From NCBI GenBank assembly GCA_903893565.1, contig CAITMU010000125.1:20578-84577 (forward strand): DNA of 64,000 nt, written 5' to 3'. Each line of letters opens with the position of its first letter. The stretch's first letter is position 1. Positions 18,454 to 29,121 of this stretch are shown piece after piece. Below the pieces are notes generated by a model. The model ran no database searches. It had not been told where the DNA came from and saw only the letters and a program-made list of their open reading frames with translations. Position numbers and translations under genes: made by a program. The stretch is from an uncultured beta proteobacterium (lineage in GTDB: Bacteria; Pseudomonadota; Gammaproteobacteria; Burkholderiales; SG8-41).

Positions 18454-20406
18454 ATGGATCAACCCTTATGGACGCCCTCTGCAGAACGTATTCGTCAATC
18501 CCATCTCGTGGCGTTTACCGATTTTGTCAGTCAACGTTATAAGCGCACTTTTATCGACTATGCCGATTTGCATGCTTGGTCTTGTGAACAAAGAGAACAA
18601 TTTTGGTTGTGTGTATGGGATTTTTGTCAAACGAAGGGCTCGATCGGCGGATTAAGTCATTTGCAGAATCGAGATCAAATGCCCGGCGCGCGTTGGTTTC
18701 CTCAGGCTCAATTAAATTTTGCTGAAAATCTTTTAAGGCAGCGGGGTCCCGAGGACGCCATTGTTTTTTGGGGCGAAGATAAAGTTAAAACTCGCCTGAG
18801 TTGGGATGACTTACAGGCGGGCGTTTCACGGCTTGCGCAAGCTTTGCGCCAAATGGGGGTAAAAAAGGATGACCGGGTAGCGGCTTATCTGCCCAATATG
18901 CCGGAAGCTGTGATGGGAATGCTGGCAACAGCTAGTATTGGGGCAGTTTGGTCATCCTGCTCTCCGGATTTCGGTGCACAAGGGGTCTTGGATCGTTTTG
19001 GTCAAATTACACCAAAGGTATTATTGGCAATAGAAGGCTATTACTATCAGAACAAAGTGATTGATGTTCGCGACCGTGTGGCACAGATGGCGTCAGCTAT
19101 GCCTAGTTTAGAAAAAGTGATTTTGATTGATTACGCGCCCCCTGAATCGACCCCTGAGTTTATTCCCAAGGCGGTGCGTTGGGAGGAATTCTTATCCCCA
19201 TTTACCGCTGCACCCATCGAGTTTGAATCCCTGCCCTTTGATCAACCGCTTTATATCCTTTATTCCTCCGGCACGACTGGAGTGCCAAAATGTATTGTCC
19301 ATGGCGCAGGCGGCACCCTCTTACAGCATATGAAAGAGCATCGCTTGCACACCGATATCAAACCCGGTGATCGAGTTTTTTACTACACCACCTGTGGCTG
19401 GATGATGTGGAACTGGTTGGTTTCGAGTCTTGCCTCAGGAGCCACGTTGCTCTTGTATGATGGCTCTCCGTTTTTGTATCGAGGGAAAATCCTTTGGGAT
19501 TATGCTGAAAAAGAATCGATGAGTATTTTTGGCACTGCGGCTAAATACATTGACGCCATTGCAAAACTGAATTTGCAACCCAAAAAGACGCATCAATTAA
19601 GCGCTCTGAAAGCGGTACTCTCGACAGGCTCTCCCTTGGCGCCTGAGAGCTTTGATTACGTATTTAGTCACATTAAGTCTGATCTTCATCTGGCCTCCAT
19701 TTCTGGCGGGACGGATATTGTTTCTTGTTTTGCATTAGGCAATCCCAATGCACCAGTCTGGCGCGGTGAAATTCAGTGCGCAGGGCTCGGTATGAAGGTT
19801 CAAGTCTATGACGAAAAGGGTCATGCCATTTTGCAAGAAAAAGGGGAGCTCGTCTGTAGCGCGCCCTTCCCTTCGATGCCGTTGGGTTTTTGGAATGATC
19901 CCGAACAAAAAAAATATCACGATGCTTATTTTGCCAAATTCCCTAATGTCTGGTGCCATGGAGATTACTTAGAGGTGACGCAACATGGTGGGCTCATTAT
20001 CTATGGTCGTGCTGATGCTGTATTAAATCCAGGTGGTGTCAGAATCGGAACCGCAGAGATTTATCGTCAAGTGGAGCGTCTTGACGAAGTATTGGAAAGT
20101 ATCGCCATTGGACAAAATTGGAATAATGATGTTCGGGTCATACTTTTCGTTAAGCTAAAAGAAGGCTTAGTGCTCAACGAAGAGATTGTCAGTCGAATTA
20201 AACAACAAATCCGAGATAATACGACTCACCGACATGTACCGGATAAGGTACTACAGGTGGCCGATATTCCTAGAACTCGCAGTGGCAAGATTGTGGAACT
20301 TGCGGTTCGGGACGTCGTGCATAATGTGCCCATTAAAAATCAAGAAGCTTTGGCTAACCCAGAAGCGCTGGAATACTTTCGCCAGCGTATCGAATTACAA
20401 AGCTAG
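18454..20406 (+). CDS. Acetoacetyl-CoA synthetase
   Basis: 650 aa, AMP-binding signature YSSGTTGVPKCIVH, and N-terminal and overall architecture typical of acetoacetate-CoA ligases. Confidence 0.85.
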   Translation: MDQPLWTPSAERIRQSHLVAFTDFVSQRYKRTFIDYADLHAWSCEQREQFWLCVWDFCQTKGSIGGLSHLQNRDQMPGARWFPQAQLNFAENLLRQRGPEDAIVFWGEDKVKTRLSWDDLQAGVSRLAQALRQMGVKKDDRVAAYLPNMPEAVMGMLATASIGAVWSSCSPDFGAQGVLDRFGQITPKVLLAIEGYYYQNKVIDVRDRVAQMASAMPSLEKVILIDYAPPESTPEFIPKAVRWEEFLSPFTAAPIEFESLPFDQPLYILYSSGTTGVPKCIVHGAGGTLLQHMKEHRLHTDIKPGDRVFYYTTCGWMMWNWLVSSLASGATLLLYDGSPFLYRGKILWDYAEKESMSIFGTAAKYIDAIAKLNLQPKKTHQLSALKAVLSTGSPLAPESFDYVFSHIKSDLHLASISGGTDIVSCFALGNPNAPVWRGEIQCAGLGMKVQVYDEKGHAILQEKGELVCSAPFPSMPLGFWNDPEQKKYHDAYFAKFPNVWCHGDYLEVTQHGGLIIYGRADAVLNPGGVRIGTAEIYRQVERLDEVLESIAIGQNWNNDVRVILFVKLKEGLVLNEEIVSRIKQQIRDNTTHRHVPDKVLQVADIPRTRSGKIVELAVRDVVHNVPIKNQEALANPEALEYFRQRIELQS

Positions 20407-20516
20407 GCACAGGGCTTCATCCAGTAAAACACTTCATAGACGACCCGCTAACCTATTTTTTAAGGTGAATTATCACCCAAAGTGTACTGCTTGACGGGGC
20501 GCTAGAGTGGGCTTTA

Positions 20517-21317
20517 CTAATTCCAGATCTGCCACCAAGGCACATCGCGCTTGTACGAGCCATTCAGATATTTACTCTTCGGAAAGTTTTTTATCATAAT
20601 TCTTTCCGCATCAGACCTTAAATCATTAAGCCCTAACGCGTCATAGGACTTCACCATTAACAGTAAGCCCTCTTCGTTAGCTGGGGCCTCGGGGTAGGTC
20701 TTCAAACAATATTGCACCCGATTGGCGGTGGCTAAATAGGCCTTTCGATTGTAGTAATAGCGAGCCACATGAACTTCAAAACTCGCCAAGGCATTGACCA
20801 GATACTCCATACGCTGTATCGAGTCCGGTGCGTATTTACTTTGCGGGAACCGCGCCACTAATTGCTTAAAGCTATCGAAGGCATCCTTGGCCATTTTGGG
20901 ATCTCTTTCCGTCATGTCCTGATTGCTGACAAATCCAAAAATGCCCAAATCCTCATTAAAATTAGCCAATCCTTTAAGGTAATAAACGTAGTCTAGGCTC
21001 GGGTGATTGGGGTGATTTTTAATAAAGCGATCGGCCTCAGCGATCGTGCCGGCCGGGTCCTTATCTTTATAATGGGCATAGAGCATTTCGATTTGAGCTT
21101 GTTGCGCAAAGCGACCGTAGGGGAAGCGCGATTCTAGCTTTTGATAAAAGATGATCGCTTTTTCATAGTTCGTTTCATCTAGCTTGAGGCGAGCCTCTGC
21201 ATAGAGCTTTTCTGCTGACCAACCCTTGGTTTCATCAATTATCTCAGGCGTACTGCAGGAAACGAGCTGGAAGCCAAAGAAAAGCGCCAGTAAAAGGGTT
21301 AAACTATGCCGAATCAT
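20517..21317 (-). CDS. bamD: Outer membrane protein assembly factor BamD
   Basis: Lipobox LVSC and TPR-like helical repeats (YEKAIIFYQKLESRFPYGRFAQQAQ, NHPNHPSLDYVYYLKG). It is divergent from rluD, as is usual. Confidence 0.9.
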   Translation of the reverse strand: MIRHSLTLLLALFFGFQLVSCSTPEIIDETKGWSAEKLYAEARLKLDETNYEKAIIFYQKLESRFPYGRFAQQAQIEMLYAHYKDKDPAGTIAEADRFIKNHPNHPSLDYVYYLKGLANFNEDLGIFGFVSNQDMTERDPKMAKDAFDSFKQLVARFPQSKYAPDSIQRMEYLVNALASFEVHVARYYYNRKAYLATANRVQYCLKTYPEAPANEEGLLLMVKSYDALGLNDLRSDAERIMIKNFPKSKYLNGSYKRDVPWWQIWN

Positions 21318-21340
21318 ATATAAACCACCGAATTGAACAC

Positions 21341-22339
21341 TTGAAAATAAGTAAAAATTATAACGTAATAACCCCTCCCGCGTTAGAGGAAGCCCCCTTA
21401 CCGATCGAATTATCCGTGCCCGCCGACTGTGCAGGTCTGCGTTTTGATCAAACCTTGGCCAAATTGTTACCCCAACACTCTCGAAGTCGTCTTTCAGCTT
21501 GGCTGAAGGCGGGTCACATTCAGCTGGATCATCAACTGTCGAGTCCCAGTCAGAAAGTCTGGGAATATCAGAAAATTCAATTTATACCATTGACTGACCC
21601 TAAAGTGTCAGTTTTTGCTGCCCAGAGTATTCCGATTAACGTCGTGTTTGAGGATGCAGCACTTATTATTATCAATAAACCTGCCGGTCTGGTTGTCCAT
21701 CCGGGCAGCGGCAATTGGGATGGAACACTCTTAAACGCGCTACTGAACCATTACCCTCCACTGAAAGAAATACCGCGCGCAGGGATTGTGCATCGTTTGG
21801 ATAAGGATACGAGTGGCTTATTGGTCGTTGCCAAAACCCTTATTGCCCAAACCTCTCTCGTGCGTCAATTGCAAGTGCATAGCGTGACCCGCGAGTATGT
21901 GGCGGTCGTTCACGGCTTAGTTTCTCATTCGGGGGTGGTCGATGCGCCCATTGGTCGTCATAAAACACAGCGCACCCGCATGGCGGTAGCGCCCAATGGG
22001 AAGGAGGCGATTACCCATTATGAACCGATCGAATCGTTAATGATGGCAACGGTTTTATGCTGTCGACTAGAGACGGGACGCACGCATCAGATTCGAGTTC
22101 ATATGACGAGCATTGGGCATCCATTAATCGGAGATCCCGTTTATGGCAGCAAACGTAAGGCACCGGAATTTAGTCGTCAGGCCTTGCATGCTGAAAAACT
22201 AGCGCTTACGCACCCGATCAATGGACAAAGATTGACTTGGCAGGCACCGATACCGGAAGACATCAAAACGTTGATCGAGGGCTTACGTCAAGATCCTGAA
22301 TCGAAGGGAAAGCATAACAGTGCGTCAAAACGAATCTAA
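21341..22339 (+). CDS. rluD: 23S rRNA pseudouridine synthase D
   Basis: An S4-like N-terminal domain plus the RluA-family catalytic motif HRLDKDTSGLLVVAK. The exact start (TTG at 21341) is uncertain. Confidence 0.9.
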   Translation: MKISKNYNVITPPALEEAPLPIELSVPADCAGLRFDQTLAKLLPQHSRSRLSAWLKAGHIQLDHQLSSPSQKVWEYQKIQFIPLTDPKVSVFAAQSIPINVVFEDAALIIINKPAGLVVHPGSGNWDGTLLNALLNHYPPLKEIPRAGIVHRLDKDTSGLLVVAKTLIAQTSLVRQLQVHSVTREYVAVVHGLVSHSGVVDAPIGRHKTQRTRMAVAPNGKEAITHYEPIESLMMATVLCCRLETGRTHQIRVHMTSIGHPLIGDPVYGSKRKAPEFSRQALHAEKLALTHPINGQRLTWQAPIPEDIKTLIEGLRQDPESKGKHNSASKRI

Positions 22340-23093
22340 GCCGCATTGGCCAGCACAGTGGATTCGTCCCGATTGGCCGGCCCCGGCAAGGGTCAAGGCC
22401 TTTATCACCACTCGCCATGCAGGGGCGAGTCTGGGACCGTATTCAAGCTTTAATCTCGCCTTACACTGCGGGGATGATTCGGCAAAGGTTCTGCAAAATC
22501 GCGCGACTTTACGACAATTTTTACCGCAAGAACCTTTTTGGTTACATCAAATCCATGGCACTGACGTGGTGAGTGCCGATCAGCCTGCCTCTTTAGAACC
22601 GGCGCAAGCCGATGCCTGTATCGCTCAGTTACCCCATCATGTTTGCCCCATCATGGTTGCCGATTGCTTGCCGATCCTATTGGCCTGTGAGAGTGGGCAA
22701 CGGGTTGCCGCCGTGCATGCGGGGTGGCGGGGACTAGCCGCCGGTATCATTGAAAAAACGGTCCTTACTTTGAGCCTTCAGGGCAGTGCCCCTGAACGTC
22801 TAATGGCTTACATTGGTCCGGGAATCGGTGCGAGTGCTTTTGAAGTGGGAGAAGAGGTTTATGACACATTTTTACGTCAGAATCCCCATAATCGTTCTGC
22901 CTTTATTCGCTCACCGCTTCAACGCTGGCATGCCGATTTGCATGCCCTGGCCTTAGTAGCGCTAAAAAGCGCCGGGGTTCACAAAGTTTATGGACAACCG
23001 GTTTGCACTTATTCAGATCCAGAAAGGTTTTATTCTTATCGAAGAGATCGAATAACCGGGCGCATGGCGGCTTTCATTTGGTTAGACTCATGA
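22320..23093 (+). CDS. pgeF: YfiH/PgeF-family (DUF152, laccase-domain) protein
   Basis: Conserved AAVHAGWRG and the C-terminal FYSYRRD motif. It follows rluD with a 20-nt overlap, as in the rluD-yfiH pairing of other proteobacteria. Confidence 0.85.
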   Translation: MRQNESKPHWPAQWIRPDWPAPARVKAFITTRHAGASLGPYSSFNLALHCGDDSAKVLQNRATLRQFLPQEPFWLHQIHGTDVVSADQPASLEPAQADACIAQLPHHVCPIMVADCLPILLACESGQRVAAVHAGWRGLAAGIIEKTVLTLSLQGSAPERLMAYIGPGIGASAFEVGEEVYDTFLRQNPHNRSAFIRSPLQRWHADLHALALVALKSAGVHKVYGQPVCTYSDPERFYSYRRDRITGRMAAFIWLDS

Positions 23094-23190
23094 ACTGCAG
23101 ACTATTTTAGGCTTGGATTCACGTATACTGTTTTGGATGGAAGCCATCAAATAATCCGTTACGGCTTCGAATAAGAAAACGATAGACCCT

Positions 23191-24096
23191 ATGACTACCC
23201 TGAGTTGGATTTTAATGGCCACCGTGAGCGGGGGCATGCTTTCTGTATTTTGTGCTTGGCTCATCGCCAAGCGCGCTAGTGCCGCCCAAGTTCATATCTT
23301 GATAAGCTATGCTGTGGGGGCTTTGCTCGGGGCTGTTTTTATTGAACTGCTCCCCCATGCTTTTATGAAAAGCGAACATTCGCATCAAACCGCTGCCACT
23401 CTTTTGGCGGGGTTATTACTTTTTTTTATCCTAGAAAAAATGGTATTGTGGCGGCATTGCCATTTGGAGCAATGCGAAGCTCATCTGCCCTTGGAGGTCC
23501 CTGCTAAGCCTGAGCCCTCCCAGGTGAACTCTCACGCTCAGCCCCCGTTAGGCTCAACGCATGGGGAGACTTCGCTTTCCCATTCCCATTCCCACTCCCA
23601 TTCCCACTCCCATTCCCATTCTGAGCTGTCTCACGATAATGGTCGCAGCGGTTTAATGATCCTCATCGGCGACACTTTCCATAATTTTGTCGATGGTATT
23701 CTTATTGCTGCAGCTTTTTTAGCCGATACGCAATTAGGCATAGTGACCTCCGTGGCGATCATTACGCATGAAGTACCGCAAGAAGTCAGTAATTTTCTCA
23801 TCCTGATCCACTCAGGATATAGTCGAAAAAAAGCCTTTGCGTTAAATTTACTATCCAGTGGTGCCATGGTGATAGGGGGGGTCTTGTCTTATTTTGCCCT
23901 TCAAACCCTGCAGCAATGGGTTGATACACTGATTGCTTTGGCCTCAGCCAGCATGCTCTACGTAGCTGTTGCCGATTTGATCCCTACCCTCCACCGAAGG
24001 ACGGATCTGAAAGCCACTGCAGAGCAAGTTTGTTTGATCGCGCTGGGAATCGCCACAATTGGTATCATGAGTGTGTTGGCCCATGGGTTGGAGTAA
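23191..24096 (+). CDS. ZIP-family divalent metal transporter (ZupT/GufA-like) with a His/Ser-rich loop
   Basis: Multi-pass membrane protein with the ZIP motifs DTFHNFVDGILIA and ITHEVPQEVSNF. The central loop reads SLSHSHSHSHSHSHSHSELSHD. Confidence 0.85.
   Translation: MTTLSWILMATVSGGMLSVFCAWLIAKRASAAQVHILISYAVGALLGAVFIELLPHAFMKSEHSHQTAATLLAGLLLFFILEKMVLWRHCHLEQCEAHLPLEVPAKPEPSQVNSHAQPPLGSTHGETSLSHSHSHSHSHSHSHSELSHDNGRSGLMILIGDTFHNFVDGILIAAAFLADTQLGIVTSVAIITHEVPQEVSNFLILIHSGYSRKKAFALNLLSSGAMVIGGVLSYFALQTLQQWVDTLIALASASMLYVAVADLIPTLHRRTDLKATAEQVCLIALGIATIGIMSVLAHGLE
23581..23622. repeat. In-frame hexanucleotide microsatellite (CAYTCC)7 encoding (His-Ser)7
   Basis: The sequence cattcccattcccactcccattcccactcccattcccattct was read directly. 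It lies inside the cytoplasmic loop of the ZIP transporter gene. Confidence 0.9.
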
Positions 24097-24215
24097 ATCC
24101 CCCCCAGCCTTTTACATGACCCACCTTCCCTGCCTTTTTTTTGCCAAGAAACATAAGCCAAGCGGATTAAGCCACTGTAGAATATCTCTCAAAGCCTAAA
24201 ATAGAATTGCTATTT

Positions 24216-26015
24216 ATGTCTCAATCCCAAGAAAATGTATGGCAGGAATTAACCGAACTGGCTGATTGGGTCATTAAGGCGCAAAAGCAGATCTTGGGCA
24301 CGATGACCCATTCATTGGATGAATCCGCAGCCCCGATCGATACCAGCCAAATTTTAAAAGCTTTCGCTGAGGATTATTTGCGAAATCCCTTTAAATGGCA
24401 GTCGATGCAACAGAATTGGTATTCTGAGCAATTAGCTTTATGGACGAAAATGACAGGCGACCCCAGTTCCAGCCTAGAAGTGCCAACCCTAGATCGTCGT
24501 TTTCAGGCACCGGAATGGCAAGAACCTTATTTTCTTTGGTTAAGTCAATCGTATTTGATTAACTCGCGTTTTTTAGGCTCGCTCACTCAAACCGCGGATC
24601 TGCCTCAACAAGAAAAAAGAAAAGCAGACTTTTTGCTTCGCCAGTGGATTGAGGCCGCTTCCCCAGCTAACTTTGGTTGGAGCAATCCAGAGGCTTTAAA
24701 GTTGGCACAACAAACGCATGGTGAAAGTCTCGTCAAGGGTTTAGAAAATCTACGGAAAGATCTCCCTAAAGGGATGGTTTCCATGATCGATGAAAATGCC
24801 TTTGAGGTCGGACGTAATATTGCCATCACCCCTGGGGCGGTTGTCTTCGAAAATGAACTCATTCAACTGATTCAGTATAGTCCGATGACTCCCACGGTGC
24901 ACCAACGTCCGTTACTCATGGTGCCCCCCTTCATTAATAAATTTTATATATTGGATCTTCAACCCTATAACTCACTCGTGCGATTCGCCGTTGAGCAAGG
25001 TCATACGGTTTTTATGGTGTCGTGGCGAAATGCGGATCTTTCAATCGCAAACGCGACTTGGGATGATTACGTTAACCTCGGGGTCATTGAAGCCATCAAA
25101 GTGATTCGTCGCATCACCAAAGTCAAACAAATCGATGGCTTAGGGTTTTGTGTGGGCGGCACTTTAATGGCAACCGCACAAGCGGTGTTACTGGCCCAGC
25201 GAAAAAAATATTTGGCTAGCCTCACCCTCATGGCCACGATGCTCGATTTTAGTGATACGGGGGACTTGTCCATTTTTATCGATGAAGCGTATGTCAAACT
25301 TCGAGAAAAAAGGGCCAGCGAGTCAAGCTTGGTCAAAGCACGTGAATTATCCGCCACCTTTGCGAGCCTTCGCCCCACGGATTTGATCTGGAACTACGTG
25401 GTCAATAATTATCTGAAAGGTCAAACACCTAAGCCATTTGATTTACTGTTCTGGAATAATGACGGTACTAATATACCCAGCAACATGTTTGCTTGGTATG
25501 TGCGCCATACTTATTTGGAAAATAAACTGCGTGAACCCAATGCGTTAAAAGTGTGTGGTAAGCCCCTAGATTTGAGTAAAATTATAATCCCCACCTATAT
25601 CGTTGCCACTTCCGAAGATCATATTGTTCCTTGGAAAACAGCCTTCAATAGCACCCAGATTTTAAAAGGGCCTATACGATTTACACTGTCGGCCAGCGGA
25701 CATATCGCTGGCATTATCAATCCGGCTTCAAAAAATCAGCGCCAATATTGGACCGATGGGCCCCTCTCATCCGATGCGCAGTCCTGGTTGGCGGGCGCAA
25801 AAGAGTGTTCCGGCAGCTGGTGGAATGATTGGAATCAGTGGATGGAGCAACAAGGCCAAAAAAAGGTTTCGGCTAGACTCACGCTAGGTAGCCCGGAGTA
25901 TCCGGTCATTGAACCCGCACCGGGTCGGTATTGCAAGGTATTAGCTGAGCACTTGATCAGCACAGACAGTAACAATCACGAAATGAATCAATCCAATATT
26001 CAAAAGGAGACATAA
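24216..26015 (+). CDS. phaC: Class I poly(3-hydroxyalkanoate) synthase
   Basis: About 599 aa with the lipase-box GFCVGG, a conserved C-terminal region (SGHIAGIINP) and phaB/phaR downstream. The ATG at 24216 is preferred over the TTG at 24207. Confidence 0.9.
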   Translation: MSQSQENVWQELTELADWVIKAQKQILGTMTHSLDESAAPIDTSQILKAFAEDYLRNPFKWQSMQQNWYSEQLALWTKMTGDPSSSLEVPTLDRRFQAPEWQEPYFLWLSQSYLINSRFLGSLTQTADLPQQEKRKADFLLRQWIEAASPANFGWSNPEALKLAQQTHGESLVKGLENLRKDLPKGMVSMIDENAFEVGRNIAITPGAVVFENELIQLIQYSPMTPTVHQRPLLMVPPFINKFYILDLQPYNSLVRFAVEQGHTVFMVSWRNADLSIANATWDDYVNLGVIEAIKVIRRITKVKQIDGLGFCVGGTLMATAQAVLLAQRKKYLASLTLMATMLDFSDTGDLSIFIDEAYVKLREKRASESSLVKARELSATFASLRPTDLIWNYVVNNYLKGQTPKPFDLLFWNNDGTNIPSNMFAWYVRHTYLENKLREPNALKVCGKPLDLSKIIIPTYIVATSEDHIVPWKTAFNSTQILKGPIRFTLSASGHIAGIINPASKNQRQYWTDGPLSSDAQSWLAGAKECSGSWWNDWNQWMEQQGQKKVSARLTLGSPEYPVIEPAPGRYCKVLAEHLISTDSNNHEMNQSNIQKET

Positions 26016-26016
26016 A

Positions 26017-26760
26017 TTGAGTCAACGTACAGCAATTGTCACAGGGGGCATGGGAGGATTAGGAGAGGCTATCTGCATCAAACTCGCTCGTATGGGCTAT
26101 AAAGTGATCACGACTTGTTCGCCGGGCAATACCAAGGTTGAGCAATGGTTGGCTGAAATGGTTAAACAAGGTTTTCATTTTAGTGCCTATGCGGTGGATG
26201 TCTCTGATTTCGAATCGTGCCAAAAAGGGGTCGCCGCCATACAAGCTGAATGTGGCCCTATCGATATATTAATCAATAATGCGGGCATTACCCGCGACAC
26301 CACGTTTCGAAAAATGGACAAATCGGCCTGGGATGCGGTCATCCATACCAACTTAGACTCGGTCTTTAATATGACCAAGCCCTTGATCGATCCCATGGCT
26401 GAAAGAGGTTGGGGTCGGGTCATTAATGTGTCTTCGGTCAATGGTCAAAAAGGAGCCTTTGGACAGACCAATTACTCAGCCGCTAAGGCGGGTATGCACG
26501 GTTTTACCAAGGCTGCCGCTCTGGAGTATGCCCGTAAAGGCGTGACGGTCAATACCATCTCCCCGGGCTATATCGGCACTAAAATGGTGATGGACATCCC
26601 TAAAGAAGTGCTCGATAGCAAAATTATCCCTCAAATACCCTTGGGGCGGCTTGGAAAGCCCGAAGAAGTGGCAGGACTGGTCGCCTATTTATGCTCTGAT
26701 GAAGCCGCTTTCGTGACGGGAGCCAATATTGCAATCAATGGTGGTCAGCACATGCAATAA
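26017..26760 (+). CDS. phaB: Acetoacetyl-CoA reductase (SDR)
   Basis: TGGMGGLG cofactor motif, NNAG, and catalytic YSAAK. 247 aa, starting 2 nt after the phaC stop. Confidence 0.9.
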   Translation: MSQRTAIVTGGMGGLGEAICIKLARMGYKVITTCSPGNTKVEQWLAEMVKQGFHFSAYAVDVSDFESCQKGVAAIQAECGPIDILINNAGITRDTTFRKMDKSAWDAVIHTNLDSVFNMTKPLIDPMAERGWGRVINVSSVNGQKGAFGQTNYSAAKAGMHGFTKAAALEYARKGVTVNTISPGYIGTKMVMDIPKEVLDSKIIPQIPLGRLGKPEEVAGLVAYLCSDEAAFVTGANIAINGGQHMQ

Positions 26761-26918
26761 AATATTTTTTTCTGTGCGTTGCACCATTTTGTGTCAGACT
26801 AATGCTCTTATCATCCGGTAAATGGACTGATTTTTTTGGGTTCATTTACGGCATTAGCTTAACAAATCTTTAACTCAGTCTTATCGATTCAACTCCACTA
26901 ACAAAAAAATTAATTCTT

Positions 26919-27536
26919 TTGCAGGAGCTCGCTTTGAGTGAAAAAATTCGTCTGATTAAAAAATATCCCAACCGACGTTTATATGATACTGAAACCAGTA
27001 TCTACATCACGCTCAGTGATATTAAAAAACTCGTGCAAAATAATACGCCCTTTCGAGTTGAAGATGCTAAGAGCAAGGAAGATATAACCCGAAGTATCCT
27101 CATGCAAATCATTCTTGAGGAAGAAACGCTGGGTTCGCCCATCTTTTCTTGTGATCTACTGTCTCAGATCATTCGTTTTTACGGCCACACCATGCAAGGG
27201 ATGATGGGCACGTTTCTTGAGAAAAACGTACACACCTTCATGGATATCCAAAATAAGATGCACAATCAGTCCTCGCAACTCTTTTCCACTAACCCCATGG
27301 CCAATGTGGACGCTTGGAACGAATTTCTAAAAATGCAAGGACCTGCAGTTCAGGGGTTAATGGGGCAATACCTTGAACAGAGTGCTCAGGCCTTTGTTGA
27401 CATGCAGCAAAGATTACAAAATCAAACCAAAAACATGTTTTCTTTTCCGTTTCCCGGATTTACTAATCCCAGCGAATCGACCAACACGGATAGTGACAGT
27501 GCTCAGAGTAATCCGAAGCCTGGGGCCGATAAATAG
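26919..27536 (+). CDS. phaR: PHA synthesis repressor PhaR
   Basis: The hallmark N-terminus IKKYPNRRLYDTETSIYITLSDIKKLV and a central PHB-binding-type region. The start is ambiguous (TTG at 26919 or TTG at 26934). Confidence 0.9.
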   Translation: MQELALSEKIRLIKKYPNRRLYDTETSIYITLSDIKKLVQNNTPFRVEDAKSKEDITRSILMQIILEEETLGSPIFSCDLLSQIIRFYGHTMQGMMGTFLEKNVHTFMDIQNKMHNQSSQLFSTNPMANVDAWNEFLKMQGPAVQGLMGQYLEQSAQAFVDMQQRLQNQTKNMFSFPFPGFTNPSESTNTDSDSAQSNPKPGADK

Positions 27537-27691
27537 ACCGAGCTTACGAAATATTACATGCCTTGATTGCGGGGTTCGTGAGATTTTTGTAGCGATGACC
27601 ACGAAATTTTGCCTGAAACCTTAAGACGGTTTTACCCTTCCACCCCTATTAATTTAAGCGCTTGAAATCTTTCAAGCCACGATATCGTTTC

Positions 27692-29023
27692 ATGAAAAAA
27701 AATACCATGGCAGTTAAAAAAGTCGGATTCGTCTCTTTGGGGTGTCCCAAAGCTCTGGTGGATTCTGAGCACATATTGACCCAGTTAAGGGCTGAAGGCT
27801 ATCAGATTAGTGCTTCTTATCAAGACGCCGACCTGGTCGTGGTCAATACCTGTGGATTCATCGACTCTGCGGTTGAAGAATCCCTGGATGCGATTGGGGA
27901 AGCGTTACAAGAAAATGGAAAAGTCATTGTTACCGGATGTTTGGGGGCTAAAGGCGATATTGTCAAAAAAGCCCATCCCCGTGTATTAGCGGTCACCGGT
28001 CCCCATGCCACCGATGAGGTCATGCAGGCCGTGCACAAGCACTTGCCCCATCAGCATGACCCCCATATTGATTTAATTCCGCCTCAGGGCATCAAGCTCA
28101 CCCCCAAACATTATGCCTATTTGAAAATTTCAGAAGGTTGTAACCATCGTTGCAGTTTTTGCATTATTCCCTCTTTACGAGGTGATTTGGTGAGTCGCCC
28201 GATTGGGGATGTGATGCAGGAAGCAGAACATTTGGTCAATGCAGGGGTCAAGGAATTACTGGTCATTTCTCAAGATACGAGTGCTTACGGTGTGGATGTG
28301 AAATACCGTATGGGTTTTTGGGGGGGTAAACCCCTCAAAACCCGCATGCTGCAATTAACAGAGGCGCTCGGAAGTCTTGGGGCTTGGGTGAGATTACACT
28401 ATGTCTATCCTTACCCCCATGTGGATGAGATCATCCCGCTGATGGCCTCGGGGCGTGTTTTGCCTTACTTGGACATTCCATTCCAACACGCGAGTCAACG
28501 AATATTAAAACTCATGAAACGCCCGGCTAACACAGAAAATACGTTAGCGAGAATAAAACTATGGCGTTCGATTTGTCCTGATCTAACGATACGGAGTACT
28601 TTTATTGCTGGGTTTCCTGGAGAAACTGAAGCGGAGTTTCAAGAATTACTGGATTTTTTAGAGGAGGCTCAATTAGATCGCGTGGGATGCTTTGCTTATT
28701 CCCCGGTTGAGGGAGCCACCGCTAATCGACTGCCGGATGCTGTGCCCGATGCGCTTCGTGAAGAGCGACGTGAGCGTTTGATGAAAACACAGGAAAAGAT
28801 CAGTCGCGCGAAACTGAAGAGCAAAGTGGGTCAAGAGTTAACCGTTTTAGTCGATGCCAATGATGGGACGCAAGCCCTGGCCCGTAGTAGCGCCGATGCG
28901 CCTGAAATTGATGGTCAGGTTATTATTGCGAATCCTGGCACTGTGGCCCCTGGAGAATTTGTAAAAGTCAAAATCACACGAGCCAATGCGCACGATCTTT
29001 TTGCCAGGCGGCTAAAACTCTGA
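27692..29023 (+). CDS. rimO: Ribosomal protein S12 methylthiotransferase RimO
   Basis: UPF0004 N-domain ([16 protein letters not shown]), radical-SAM CNHRCSFC, and a C-terminal TRAM domain. The ATG at 27692 was chosen; 27707 is an alternative. Confidence 0.9.
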   Translation: MKKNTMAVKKVGFVSLGCPKALVDSEHILTQLRAEGYQISASYQDADLVVVNTCGFIDSAVEESLDAIGEALQENGKVIVTGCLGAKGDIVKKAHPRVLAVTGPHATDEVMQAVHKHLPHQHDPHIDLIPPQGIKLTPKHYAYLKISEGCNHRCSFCIIPSLRGDLVSRPIGDVMQEAEHLVNAGVKELLVISQDTSAYGVDVKYRMGFWGGKPLKTRMLQLTEALGSLGAWVRLHYVYPYPHVDEIIPLMASGRVLPYLDIPFQHASQRILKLMKRPANTENTLARIKLWRSICPDLTIRSTFIAGFPGETEAEFQELLDFLEEAQLDRVGCFAYSPVEGATANRLPDAVPDALREERRERLMKTQEKISRAKLKSKVGQELTVLVDANDGTQALARSSADAPEIDGQVIIANPGTVAPGEFVKVKITRANAHDLFARRLKL

Positions 29024-29121
29024 GCGACGAGCCAATGGGTTTTGTGAAATCACAAGCGAACGCGAGTTCGCCATGATGAGACAAGGGATAGAGCGCTCTA
29101 CATTACAGAAGCCCTCGAAGA

